DNA of 64,000 nucleotides from Octopus vulgaris (GCA_951406725.2 OX597827.1:14508001-14572000); one strand, 5' to 3'. Shown: positions 25,661 to 38,922, counted from the first letter of the stretch. Notes: generated by a model from the sequence alone, not told the origin. Translations and numbers: made by a program.

Positions 25661-25747
25661 GGACACAGAAAAAACAAGGATAGAAAAAATGTGTGTAGTG
25701 GCTAACGATCTATCATGGCGACTGATAGATCGTATATATATATGTAT

Positions 25748-25780
<33 letters not shown>

Positions 25781-26159
25781 GATATATATATTGTTGTTGT
25801 TGTCGTTACACGCTATATTTTATGGCTTATCTACTTCAAGATTCAGTGTTCCTAAAAAATATATATACAGAGCGGGAGAGACAGAGTGAGAGGGAGGGCG
25901 GTTAAATTGGTAGATATAAGCTTATGTGTACTTGTGTATCAGTGTGTATGCCTGGATATATATTATATATATATATATAAACATATATATACATGCATAC
26001 ATATATTTTAAACTATATATGTTCTATTATTATTGTATGTTGTTAAATTAATATATATACATATTTTCGTACACATATATGAATTCATCGGTGTACTTGT
26101 GTTCATAAATATATACTATATGTGGATATATATATATACATGTATGTATGTATTCAATA

Positions 26160-26199
<40 letters not shown>

Positions 26200-26205
26200 C
26201 TTACA

Positions 26206-26249
<44 letters not shown>

Positions 26250-27689
26250 TGTATGCGTGTACATATACACAGACACACACACAGAGATATACATACATAT
26301 ATACATTTATATATATATACATATATAAATTAAATTATGTATGAGCGCATGTACAAGAATCATTGAGTAACCTTTGTCCAACGAATTTTTCAAAGGTAAT
26401 CGAATTTGAATGATTTCAGAAATTTTAGGATGAAATATGGACATTTTCAAAAGAAGATCGTGAGAAACTTATTAAAACTGTTAATAATAGATTGTTAAGC
26501 GCAATGCAGTCGATAAGAAAACCCATTGAACATATCTGCTGCAGCTTTCATTATACTATATAATGGTATGTCTCATTTTACGAAAGCTACGCTTCTAGTA
26601 AATTCTGTTTCCAATATATACAATAGATGTTTTCTTGAATATCAGTTTAGTTGTCTTCTATATTTCTCTACTTTATGAAGATGGTTTAGCTAAATCATAC
26701 GCTTTGCCCAACTTGTGAAGTGTAATATTGTAAAGAATCATGTGCTACTGTCATATTAAACATCATAATCTGTGTGTAGGCAAAGCTTTTAATATCTGCA
26801 TCGCATGAAGATAATGACGATAGCAAAAGTAGTTTATATGGTTCCCGATATATAAAATGATTCAACATGATATTACGACTGTAATAAAGTTAACTCTATA
26901 GAAGAATCAAGCTTTGTGGTTTCGGTTCCAATCTGAATTATAATATTCCTTCATTTAGCAACAATTTCAGGAATAGACAGTTTCGACATTGAAGCGCTAA
27001 GCTAGAATTAGATTTTAATCTCAAAATTCTTCTTCTCTTTCTTCTTCATCGAGAATGTTTCATCAGAAGATATTATTTCTTTCAATGCATTCAGACACCG
27101 TTGGATGGAATAGCAACTTGAAAAACTTCGGTTCTAATATTGATTTTTAACAATGGTGCCATGCCATAAATTTGGGAAGGGGTTGGAAATTTAGTGGATT
27201 ATAGTCGATTAAATCTATACCAGCAACTTGACTACTGCATTATTTTATCGACATCGGAAGGATGAAAGGCAAAGTTTAATTTCAGCAGGATTCCTTCTAT
27301 CAATGACAAGAAATATTCACTTCGTTGGCCTTTGCTCTACACCCTGTTATGTTGAAAAAAGATCCATTATGTTACTATCTTACCGTTCTGAGATTTTTCT
27401 TTTATGCTTTTATCTTTCTTACTTGTTTATTCACTCAAAAATTATGGTTTGTTTCCGCTTTAAAAATTACAGTCTCCCAACTGGTCTTAGATATTAGCGA
27501 AGAATAAGATTTATTGCTTTCGGTTATACACTTACATTTTAAACTGATAAGCATTTGAGATTATCATCGCTAATAGTAGATTAAATTTCTTATGCTACAT
27601 TTCTCTTCTCTATTTTCACTCCAGTATGGCTTTGTATATTTTTAAGAGGAGAATATATATATATTGTTTATCGGTATCTATCTATCTAA

Positions 27690-28009
27690 GGGAAGACTCC
27701 GCTGGTTACGACGACGAGGGTCCCAGCTGATACGATCAACGGAACAGCTTGCTCGTGAAATTAACGTGCAAATGGCTGAGCATTCCACAGACACGTGTAC
27801 CCTTAACGTAGTTCTCGGGGATAATCAGCGTGACACAGAGAGTGACAAGGCTGACCCTTTGAAATACAAGTACAACTCATTTTGCCAGCTGAGTGGACTG
27901 GAGCAACGTGAAATAAAGTGTCTTGCTCAAGGACACAACGCGTCGCCGGGAATCGAACTCACAACCTTACGATCATGAGCCGAATGCCCTAACCACTAAG
28001 CCACGCGCC
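27690..28009 (-). mobile_element. tRNA-derived SINE, head E + tail 1
   Basis: Reverse complement of the 21940 copy. Confidence 0.85.
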
Positions 28010-28127
28010 ATCTATCTACTTATCTATCTATCCATCCATCCATCTACCTATCTATTCATTCATCTATGTATTCATCCATCTATCTATTCATCCATCTATC
28101 TATCTATCTACCTATCTACCTATCTAC

Positions 28128-28158
<31 letters not shown>

Positions 28159-28741
28159 CCTATCTATCTGCAGGTATGTGTGTATAAAGATAGGTAGATA
28201 GATATACATGCATAGATGATGAAGATGATGATGACTGTCCACTCGTGACCGAGGAAGACCATCACTGACCATTGCCCATGCAAAATGCCAGCAATACCCG
28301 TGCATGAAGCAATCGGCTTCACCAGGGTTCACATCTGCAGCTTCCATGCTCGCTGCAGCGTCCTCCCACTCGACTGGGCATTGGATAGTTGCCTAGCTGG
28401 CGATTACACAACCTAAAGCTTTAGGTCTACAAAGGCTTGCACGACATCTTACACACCCTCTCCATCCTAGTGATATGATCCAGAGACAAATCAGGGCAAG
28501 ATATCTAGTGCCGATAAGGGTCGCAGGCTCAGGACGAATGAACCTAGTGTAGGTTCAACGACTATCTGGCAATAGCACCGGCCCTCAGAAACTCTGGGTT
28601 GGTGTCCGGTGGCGTGCTGGTATATTAATGGTCACTCCGAAACAAAACCAGATATGCAGGGAATGGCATTGAACATTTTGGGGATCTTTTGCTTGTGCTT
28701 AATATCGTGACGCACCCACACACAGACATATATATAAATAT

Positions 28742-29035
28742 TCGGTCTCTTTTGCCGAACCGCTAAGTGACGGGGATATAAACACACCAGCATCGGTTGT
28801 CAAGCATATATATATATATGTGTGTGTGTGTCTGTGTTTGTCCGCTTAGCATTGCTTGACAACCGATGCTGGAGTGTTTATGTCCCCGTCACTTAGCGGT
28901 TCGGCAAAAGAGACCAATAGAATAAGTACTGGGCTTACAAAAGACTAAGTCCCGGGGTCGAGTTGCTCGACTAAAGGCAGTGCTCCAACATGGCCGCAGT
29001 CAAATGACTGAAACAAGTAAAAGAGTAAAAGAGTA
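28742..29035 (+). mobile_element. 5'-truncated SINE A with an inverted 5' segment
   Basis: 28742-28806 is the reverse complement of about 28853-28917. Confidence 0.8.
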
Positions 29036-29053
29036 ATAATAAATCTCTGAACC

Positions 29054-29460
29054 AGCTACAGTAACACCCACCCTTAGTGGTTAGCCATATTGAGATGGCT
29101 AGTATACCTCATATTGTGCAGTTACTGTTTACATCTCGTTCAGAGATTTATTATTGCTTGCAGACAGTTTTTCGAGATCAGTGACGAAAAGTTACTGGAA
29201 AAACGATATAAGGATTTGCATTGGGACCCCTTTCATCGAAAACCGGTGATTGCCGTACGCTGAAGACAGGCAAATACCTAGAAACTGCAGTCCGTGCGTA
29301 TCACTTAGGTTGACGAGGGAGGGATGACCTCCCTTTGCAAATACCATAAGGGCACAGAAAGTGTGCCTAAAGCCAGCTGGAGACGATTATCTCCTGGGGC
29401 TACAAGCTACAGTAACAACCACCTTTAGTGGTTAGCCATATTGAGATGGCTAGTATACCT
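29054..29460 (+). mobile_element. 351-nt unit with a 56-nt terminal direct repeat containing a hammerhead (retrozyme or Penelope pLTR-like)
   Basis: 29054-29109 is repeated at 29405-29460. A hammerhead lies at 29254-29298. Confidence 0.6.
29254..29298 (+). ncRNA. Minimal type I hammerhead ribozyme
   Basis: cgtacg-CTGAAGA-c-agg(caaata)cct-a-GAAA-ctgcag-TC-cgtgcg. The core is intact, stem I has 6 bp (one G.U) and stem III is palindromic. Confidence 0.75.
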
Positions 29461-29867
29461 TACATTATATATATATAAAGTAATACAAAAATGGGACAAG
29501 AACACAAAACATCCAGACAGATGATACAAAAGAGGGACAAGAAAAAACACGGACAGGTCGGTCATTCGAAGTTTTCTTTCCACAGTCGAGTTCCATGTAT
29601 ATATATATATGTATGTAAGTATGTATGTATACATATTCTGAATATTTACCTAAAGAACCATTGATATAGATACACAAGTTGGTATCATAATAATTGCTGT
29701 TAAAAATATTACCATATTAAATATCCTTAAATTCCATTGATATGAGTATTAGACAAAGCAGTGTTATATATATACCGTATCCATATACAACTATATCAAG
29801 CAATTTATAACACAGAATGGTGTTTCTGTAATTCAATTTGTTTGTTTATTATTATTATCATTATTAT

Positions 29868-30330
29868 TGAGTGAGAGAGCAGTGCATGCTATCAAAGTGA
29901 CACTGGGGTTAAATATACGAAGCCCAGTATACCCATCATGACTACCAGTCTGATAAGGATACACTAGGCACATGCATCACAACCATATGTGCGCGACATG
30001 GTGATCTCATATCAAAATAAACAACGCATGACCTTGCAGGTGGGGTCCAGTTAGAATTTTCTTCTGGTCGAGTAGCCCATCCTGCTCAAAAGTTCCCTGA
30101 ATAAGGATTAAGGATGTTGAACGAACCACCTGTGTTTCCAAAGGTGAATTATCCAAACCTCTAAGAATTCCTCTCAACACATGGCTATGATGCTCCCCCA
30201 CTACTTCTGCTCGTGATCAGAGATGCACATATCGTCAGTCACTAAGGGACATGCTCAACTGGTTAAGGTCAAACAACTGACAAGCAAATCTGTGGTATTG
30301 AGCAGAATATTTGCTGTAGCCCATCTTTTC
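29868..30330. mobile_element. Interspersed repeat (probable retroposon with a (TAA)n-type end)
   Basis: 30150-30325 is homologous to the disrupted repeat at about 20374-21165. Bordered by (TTA)n. Confidence 0.6.
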
Positions 30331-31755
30331 TACCATTATTATCATTATTATTATTATTCTATGTTTGTCTTTTGCTTTACATTTGTACAAGTTGGCTCCA
30401 AGTCTCACCCAGAGACCTCAAGAGACAACAAGTTGGAAGTTCATGTTGTTATTATTATTATTGTTGTTGTTGTTGGTGTTGTTGTTGTTGATATTATTAT
30501 TATTATTATTATTTTCCTCTATTGCCTTCACCGCCACCATTGGTAAACGCCATGACTGACTCTGTTACTAATCGGCGCTGTCTTGATATTTCTTTTTTTA
30601 ACGAAATTTCAAATTGAAGATTTGGAGACTTTTGGGTGATTTGGTAATGGTTTTCTTATCACGTACCAAAATAATTATTTTATTATATTTGATATTTACA
30701 ACCCCCTCCCCCCCAAAAAAAACAACAAAGACAGACAGAGACTGTGAAAGAACAATTCAAAACGAAAGTAAAAGTTAAAAATAAAAAAAGACAGGATATT
30801 TTAAGTATTTTTTTTCATTTCATTTATATTGTTATTCTTTATATATTTATTTTTAGATTAAAAAAATCAATCACAGCCCTCATCTGCTGTCCTATCTAAT
30901 TATCTCATAGATGTCATTTACTCTTTTATGCTAAATTACAAAGCTTAGATAACAAAAGGATCAATTTTAGAAAAATTTTGATGCGCAAGTCAAGAACAGT
31001 CAGTTAGTGTCATGGAGTTGCTTGCTATCTGTCTGAATTTTCTCCGTTACAGCTCATTTATTTATTAATATCTTTAAAACTTCTCTCCTTTGTCAGCGAA
31101 CAATGCAGTCATAAATTAGGCACAATACGCCTGATTGTTTGCTTGATCGACAACTTTTCTTTCAAAAGAAATTAATGAACACGTGATCCTTCCGAATTTC
31201 TTTTTTAGTTCTCAATAAGCAGCTCAGCAATTATTCAGGGAGTTGTGTATCTGTTATCTATTATAGAACTTACGTAGTAGCAATCACCTGCACAAAGCGC
31301 GGGGTTACTTTCCTCCCCCTCCCGTCCCTCCACCCACTCTCTTTCTCTCTCTCTTATATTTTGCTTTTATTCTTTTGTTCGCGCGCATATCAGTTCTCTG
31401 CTGTACGCTGATACACTGCAGGTGTTTCAGCGGTTGCATTAAAACGTAGAGGCGCCAAGAAAGCATTGAGCGATAACTGTTTGTGGTAAATAATTTGAAA
31501 GACAAATAGCAATTTTCAACTAGATAGATGGTGAGTGTAGATATTTAAACTTTTATGTAGATTTCTCCTCTACATTAACAGTCACACACTTGCCTTTCGT
31601 GCTAACATATAAATAAATACGCGGTGACACTTATGGACGGATGTATAAGGGAAGAAGTGACTTATTTTAAAAGGTTTTTCACAGTTACCATCCTGAACAT
31701 GTATCCTTACTGTTAAATAACCTTGTTCGGTAACTTGTACAATGTACAAACATAC

Positions 31756-32167
31756 AGATCTTTTCGGTTTGAACGGCAGTTTTTAACATAATTTCTAGGT
31801 AACTAAAAAATGTTAAACTTCGTATACTGGTAGAATGTGTTTATAAAACATCTTTTTCTCTTGGCTTTATTGAGAAAATTCTATAGTTTGTAAGATATTT
31901 GTTTGTTTTCTTCAATTTCTGCAATTTCAACCAATCAATGACGTCCATTGCGGTAAAAAAAACCCATTCTGTGCCGTATGAATATGTCCCTCGTTTAAGA
32001 AACAGATTGGGTTTATTTACATTTGTGAAGAAAAAAAAGATATCCTTCCCCCACCCCTAACCCTAAAACAGGTTGAAATGCAATAGATCGATACTAGGGT
32101 CATAATTATGGGTGACAATTTCATATGACACCGCTAGAAAAAATCGCCGTCCAAACCGAAAAGATCC
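31756..32167. mobile_element. MITE family F
   Basis: Both TIRs present; no TSD visible. Confidence 0.85.
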
Positions 32168-32569
32168 TCTGTCTTAAAAAAAAAAAGAAATTCATATTAG
32201 CCAATGTAATTGTAGACACAATATGTCTGAAAAATATGAGATGGTCATGGTTGTATTGCTTTTGATCACAGATCAGAATGATCAAGCAGACTTGAGGCTA
32301 GAACTTCAAACGTAAAATACTCAACCAGAACCAACATAACCAGCATAAACTATGAAAACAAAACTCCAGAGATATGGACATAATGGTTTCAAATTTTGGC
32401 ACAAGGCCAGCAATTTTGGGGTAGCGGGTAAGTCAATTACATAAACCCCATTGCTTGATTGGTACTTATTTGAACTCGGAACCTTAAGATGGACGAAATA
32501 CCGCTAACACTTCTGCCAGGTCACAGATTTCATCTAAACGTATTGCAGTACAAAATTTTACGGGATTTA

Positions 32570-32599
<30 letters not shown>

Positions 32600-32608
<9 letters not shown>

Positions 32609-33536
32609 TTATATATGAGGATAATATCGATATTTAAGTATTCATATTATCAAGTGGCCAGCATGGGAAAAATACCGTACAAAGGTAATAATTTTTAACA
32701 ATTAAAAATGAGGGTGTCTAAGAGACACCAACATGCCGAAATAGCAGTCGAAACTCTGACTATAAAAACCACGTTAAGTGTTCGCATCGCACCATGAGAT
32801 AAGACAGAGGGACAAAATATACAAGCAAAAATTATTGAATAATTCAAGATCCAGGATTTCTGGTTTTGCTTTAAATAAGCTTTACCGTCATCGGTTGAAT
32901 ATATCAAGAGTACATAAATACAGATATATATATATGCAGAACAAACGATATACTTACATATACGAACGTCCATACATAAATACATATGCACGTGGTTTTT
33001 ATAGTCAGAGTTTCGACTGCTATTTCGGCATGTTGGTTTCTCTTAGACACCCTCATTTTTAATTGTTAAAAATTATTACCTTTGTACGGTATTTTTCCCA
33101 TGCTGGCCACTTGATAATATGGATACTTAAATATCGATATTATCCTCATATATAAATTTATATAATTCGTTATTATATTCACTGCGGTGTTTATTTTAAC
33201 CGTATCGTACTTATGGGATGATTCGGCGGGTAATTTAACTGGCCGCGTGCATACGTGCATATGTATTTATGTATGGACGTTCGTATATGTAAGTATATCG
33301 TTTGTTCTGCATATATATATCTGTATTTATGTACTCTTGATATATTCAACCGATGACGGTAAAGCTTATTTAAAGCAAAACCAGAAATCCTGGATCTTGA
33401 ATTATTCAATAATTTTTGCTTGTATATTTTGTCCCTCTGTCTTATCTCATGGTGCGATGCGAACACTTAACGTGGTTTTTATAGTCAGAGTTTCGACTGC
33501 TATTTCGGCATGTTGGTGTCTCTTAGACACCCTCAT

Positions 33537-33544
<8 letters not shown>
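32600..33544. mobile_element. Nested inverted-repeat element (A B C B' A' D C' B') with hammerhead-like motifs, Penelope-like
   Basis: 32600-32773 is inverted at 32990-33162, and 32700-32993 is inverted at 33252-33544. Flanked by (TA)n on both sides. Confidence 0.65.
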
Positions 33545-33601
<57 letters not shown>

Positions 33602-33621
33602 TATATATATATACATATAGT

Positions 33622-33777
33622 TGTGGCTGTGTGATAAGAAGCTTGCTTCCCAACCACATGGTTCCGAGTTCAGTCCCAGTGGGTGGCACCTTGGGCAAGT
33701 GTCTTCTATTATAGCCTCGGGCCAACGAAAGCTTTGTGAGTGGATTTGGTAGAGGGAAACTGAAAGAAGCCTGTCGT

Positions 33778-33856
<79 letters not shown>

Positions 33857-35200
33857 TGTTTCTTTATTAGCCACACAGGGCTGCACACAGACGGGACAGA
33901 TTACAAAGTAGAGCTTTTCTTTTTGGGGAGAGAAAAAAAAAGTTGGGTAGGTTTTCGATCAAAAGGGATGGTAAAAGGGGAAGAAAAAAAGGAAAGAAAA
34001 AAAAAGAAAAAGGGAAAGGAAAAAAAACGATCAATAGGGATCGTGTATCACAGAAATTGTAAAGGGGGAAGCAGATAAGGTTTATCATGTGTCTTTGTGT
34101 ATATTTATCCCTCCACCATCGCTTGACAACCAATGTTGGTGTGTTTACGTCCCCGTAACCTAGCAGTTCGGCAAAAACCACCGATACAATAAGTACCAGG
34201 CTTACAAAGAATAAGTCCTGGAGTCGATTTCTTCGACTAAAGAAGGATCTTTTCAATTCTGAAGCCAGTTTTTTCAAATTTTTCCTACTGAACCAAACAA
34301 TTTGAAACTTCGTATACTGGTAGAATGTGTCAAAAGTAAACTTAATTGTAAACCAGAATGAAAACGGAATTGTAACTTCTAAGTTTAACGTTGTTTAATA
34401 ATTAGAATTTTAACCAATGATATTCCGTCATTCGGCTTTATTTTATTTACTCCGTCTCGACCACCAATTTGGTGACGTATTAAACATCTTAAATGTAAAC
34501 AAGCCGCATGTCTCCGTGAAATCTCCTTCTAATTATTTAACGTACTCATGTTTCCAGGATCCTATAGTCAGCCACCTTCTAATAACAATATTTAAAACTA
34601 GTTAATAAGCCACATGTATTAAATTGAAAATGTTTCCATTCTGTTAGTACTTGCTTTCGTTTGCTATTAAGAAGTGGCATCTCAGTGACGAGGCTTCTAA
34701 CAAGATTTCGTTTCTAAGCTAATGCGTTTCATTTCACTTATTGTATTTATTTGTGCAAAAGGCAAGAAATTTAATATTAAAAAAGCAAAGAGCTGGCAGA
34801 AACGTTAGCACGCCGGGCGAAATGCGTAGCCGTATTTCGTCTGCCGTTACGTTCTGTGTTTGTTTACAGTTTTCCGAACGTTAGTACGTCACAAAAGCGC
34901 TTTCTACGTCACACTAATAGAATGCAGTCAAGTTTTACACATGAAAACAAACAATCTGATTGGTTAAAATTCGCAGTTTTAATCTACGATTAAAGTCATA
35001 AAATAGATTTTTCTCAAATAAACTAGTTCCAACCTGTGTCTTGTTTTGCTAGACTCTATCAGCATACGAAGTTTCAGAATATTTAGTTAAGTAGAAAGAT
35101 CTGTGGTCCTGGCTTCAGAATTGAAAAGATCCCTAAAGAACCCTTTAAGGCGGAGCTCCAGCATGGCCGCAGTCAAACAACTGATATAGGTATAAAAGTG
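33622..35200 (+). mobile_element. SINE family A copy fragmented by (GATA)n, a LINE-like 3' end and a MITE
   Basis: Pieces 33622-33780, 34088-34244 and 35141-35200 are collinear with family A. Confidence 0.75.
34245..35132. mobile_element. 888-bp non-autonomous DNA transposon related to MITE F
   Basis: TIRs ggatcttttcaattctgaagccag and a perfect 8-bp TSD ctaaagaa. Contains a SINE B fragment at about 34790-34860. Confidence 0.9.
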
Positions 35201-35464
35201 CCAAAGAATAGACAAACTTATCGTCACACATGATATTTATATGGCTGTGATACAAGAAACGAAATGACCAGCTCCACACGGGATTCCTCAGATTCCAAAA
35301 TACATTTCCGAAAGAAAAGACAAAAACAAAAGAACAGCGGAAACCTCATAAAATACTTATTTGATACAGGGATATCGCAAACACCATTCGATCAATAATA
35401 GATTGCGAAAAAAACATTAGTAATGCAAGCGTTCGAAATAAAAGCCAGTGACACGGAACCCACT

Positions 35465-35835
35465 GGTGTGGCTGTGTGGTATGTAGCTTGCTTCCCAACC
35501 ACATGGTTCTGGGTTCAGTCCCACTGAGTGGCACCTTGGGCGGAGTGTCTTCTACTGTAACCTTGAGCCTATCAAAGACTTTGGGAGTGGAATTTAGTAG
35601 ACGGAAACTGGAAGAAGCCTGTGTGTGTGTGTGTCACCCACCACCGTGTGGAAACCGGTGTTCGTGTGTTTACGTCCCTGCAGCTTAGTGGCTCGGCAAA
35701 AGAGACCGATAGAATAAGTACTGGACTTTAAAAAGCAATATCGGTACTGGAGTCGATCCATTCCATTAAAAATTTCTTGGAGGTGGTGCCCCAGCATGGT
35801 CGCAGTCTTACGACTGAAAAAGCTAAAAGTTAAAA
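35465..35835 (+). mobile_element. Older SINE family A
   Basis: Diverged homology to family A. Confidence 0.75.
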
Positions 35836-36396
35836 TATATAAATGTCATTTCTAAGCTTAACAGCTGTCTTCCGGTGAACACACTGCAACTATAACAGTG
35901 AAACACCCTTTCTAGGTACCCTCAATTGAAGGAGGTTTCAATGTACCTAACACATCCAGCTGCAAAATACAGATAGCGCCAGAAGTCACACAATCTTTTT
36001 AAACATTCATGCAGGCACAGTCGTGTGTTTAAAAAATTCGCATCATGTTCTAGGTTCAATCCCACAGCGCAACAGTTGAATAAGTAGCTTCTATCATAAC
36101 TTCCCCACTGTTAAGTGATTGGTGTAACTGGCATTAGAATTGACGAAGACAAATCCTAAGATGGCGCTTGAAATATACACATAAGTAAACGATATTAAAC
36201 TGAGAAAAAATATTTAATAAATAAATAAATTAGAAGTCCAGGATCTTTTCGGTTTGAACGGCAGTTTTTAACATAATTTCTAGGTAACTAAAAAAATTTT
36301 TAACTTCGTATACTGGTAGAACGTGTTTATAAAACATCTTTTTTCTCTTGGCTTTATTGAGAAAATTCTATAGTTTGTAAGATATTTGTTGTTGTT

Positions 36397-36957
<561 letters not shown>

Positions 36958-37092
36958 CACACACAAACATAGTCAGTCTGAGGATATAGGGTCCTCCTTA
37001 GGGGATTATAAAATCCAGAGATCAGATGGTGTTATCAATGATATATTGGGAGAATTCTCTCAATATATGGGGATAAACAGTCTAATATACAA

Positions 37093-37397
37093 TCTTTATA
37101 TATAAAACTGAAGTTGTGTGTGTATCTGTCTACTCCGATTTAGATTCCTAACTACTCCCACATTTTGCGGTGCAGTTTAACCACAAGCGGGTATCTTATA
37201 GTCGTCATTCATATCGAGCCCTTCTGGGTATTAGCGCGCGTCTACGATGAGTCTACGATTTAAAAAAAAATTTACCATCATTTTTCCGCATTTTTAATGC
37301 ATTTTTTGCTCGGTTTATATAAGGGAAGTAACTCTCTAAAAATGCTTATATAGTTATTTCCCTTACAAACCCGAGCAACGCCGGGCGATACTGCTCG
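37093..37397 (+). mobile_element. Non-autonomous Helitron
   Basis: A|TC start, 3' hairpin, CTCG|T end. Homologous to the 46870 and 47930 copies. Confidence 0.85.
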
Positions 37398-38922
37398 TTA
37401 TTACTATAAGAAAATGGCGAAAAAATATTGTGGATACTTATTTTATTTGTATCACAATAAAAACATAGCAAATAGTTCAATACAAATAAAATTTATACGA
37501 ACATACATTAACATAAAATAAGCATAATAGGTGCCTACACACGTTTCAATCTAGTCACTATGTAAATAGTGCTTCGGATCCGCAGGGTTCGGACCATGTT
37601 AGAGTTTTAGATGTAAAAAATAACAACAAAGTGACCAGATATCTTGGAGGCAGTTTCGTGCAAAACGGTAATGCTTACATATTTTTTCACAGGAATTTAA
37701 GTTGTTGGTAAAAAAAAATTTACTAGATTAGGTGGATGAGGACTACATATGAATATGTTAAGTATCTATGTGGTCGTACGTATGCATATGTTAAGTAGCT
37801 GTATGTACGTACGTATGCTTTAACTATATCTAATTATTAATTATTGATGGACGACATACTCTTAGGACATGTGCCTGTGGAATACTCATTCGTTTAAATA
37901 TACTTCACATATAGGAATTCAGTTGGTCAAATTGAATGCGCATCGTTGAGACCGACGGAGAACCCACCAGAAATCCAGGAAACTAACAAAATAAATGAGG
38001 TCGTTAAATTATTACAGATGATTGAGCAACATCTGGTACAAAAAGGGATATTCAGAACCTGTGAACACATTTTCACATTAGAAAGTCTGTTAGCTTATGT
38101 GTATGTTTTTCGCAAAAAAAAAAAAAATGCAGATTAAAAATAATCCCCAATCTCACAAAAAACGCAAAAAAAAAAATAAAATGAAATACCAGAGATGCTA
38201 AAAAAAAATGGCCGCCAACTCAGTACATTTAAAGATAGGTTGAAAACGCAGAGTGAAAAGATACAAGTGAGAAATTCCAGCATCAGTAGAGAGCAGATGA
38301 AAGCAAAATAATCGATCGGAAATTCAGACACCCAGAAAGCAGAAGAATTTGGTGGCGGTCTGACTAGAAAAGCAATTGAATCTGTCCGTCCACTCGTTGG
38401 TGCTAAAAGGCAATAAACTGTCTGGAACTGTGTCAGAGAACCTAACCATGTTATAGGCTACCATCCTGAAAATTAAATATAGAAAGAAAGACGTTCGTTT
38501 CTAATGAGATATAGTATTTCAAACGGATATTTCAAGAATGTAGTCTTTCTATATTGCTATATTTAATGGTAGTAAACGCCTTGTGTTAAGAAGATATGGA
38601 GAATACAGCATTAACCTAAAACATTAACTTAACACATAAGTTCTTTATTGATAACCCCGAACTGCATGCTAAGGAACGGTGTCGACATTAAAAACACCTG
38701 GTTACTACGTGGCCACATTAGATAACATAAGTCTTCTTGATTGAGAAAGTAGTTACAACTCGGTCACAACAGCTTAATTTTTCTTCCCCACTGTTAAGTG
38801 AAAGGTGTAACTTGCATTAGAATTGACGAAGACAAATCCTAAGATGGCGCTTGAAATATACACAGAAGTAAACGATATTAAACTGAAAAAAATATTTAAT
38901 AAATAAATAAATTAGAAGTCCA

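Noticed and set aside
28215-28640. GC-richer segment resembling a LINE (RTE-like) 5' region
   Set aside because: Single copy here with no ORF; the resemblance is impressionistic and needs a Dfam search.
32700-32760. Hammerhead-like 3' half (gccGAAAtagcagTC) in block B
   Set aside because: No intact CUGANGA box or matching stem I.
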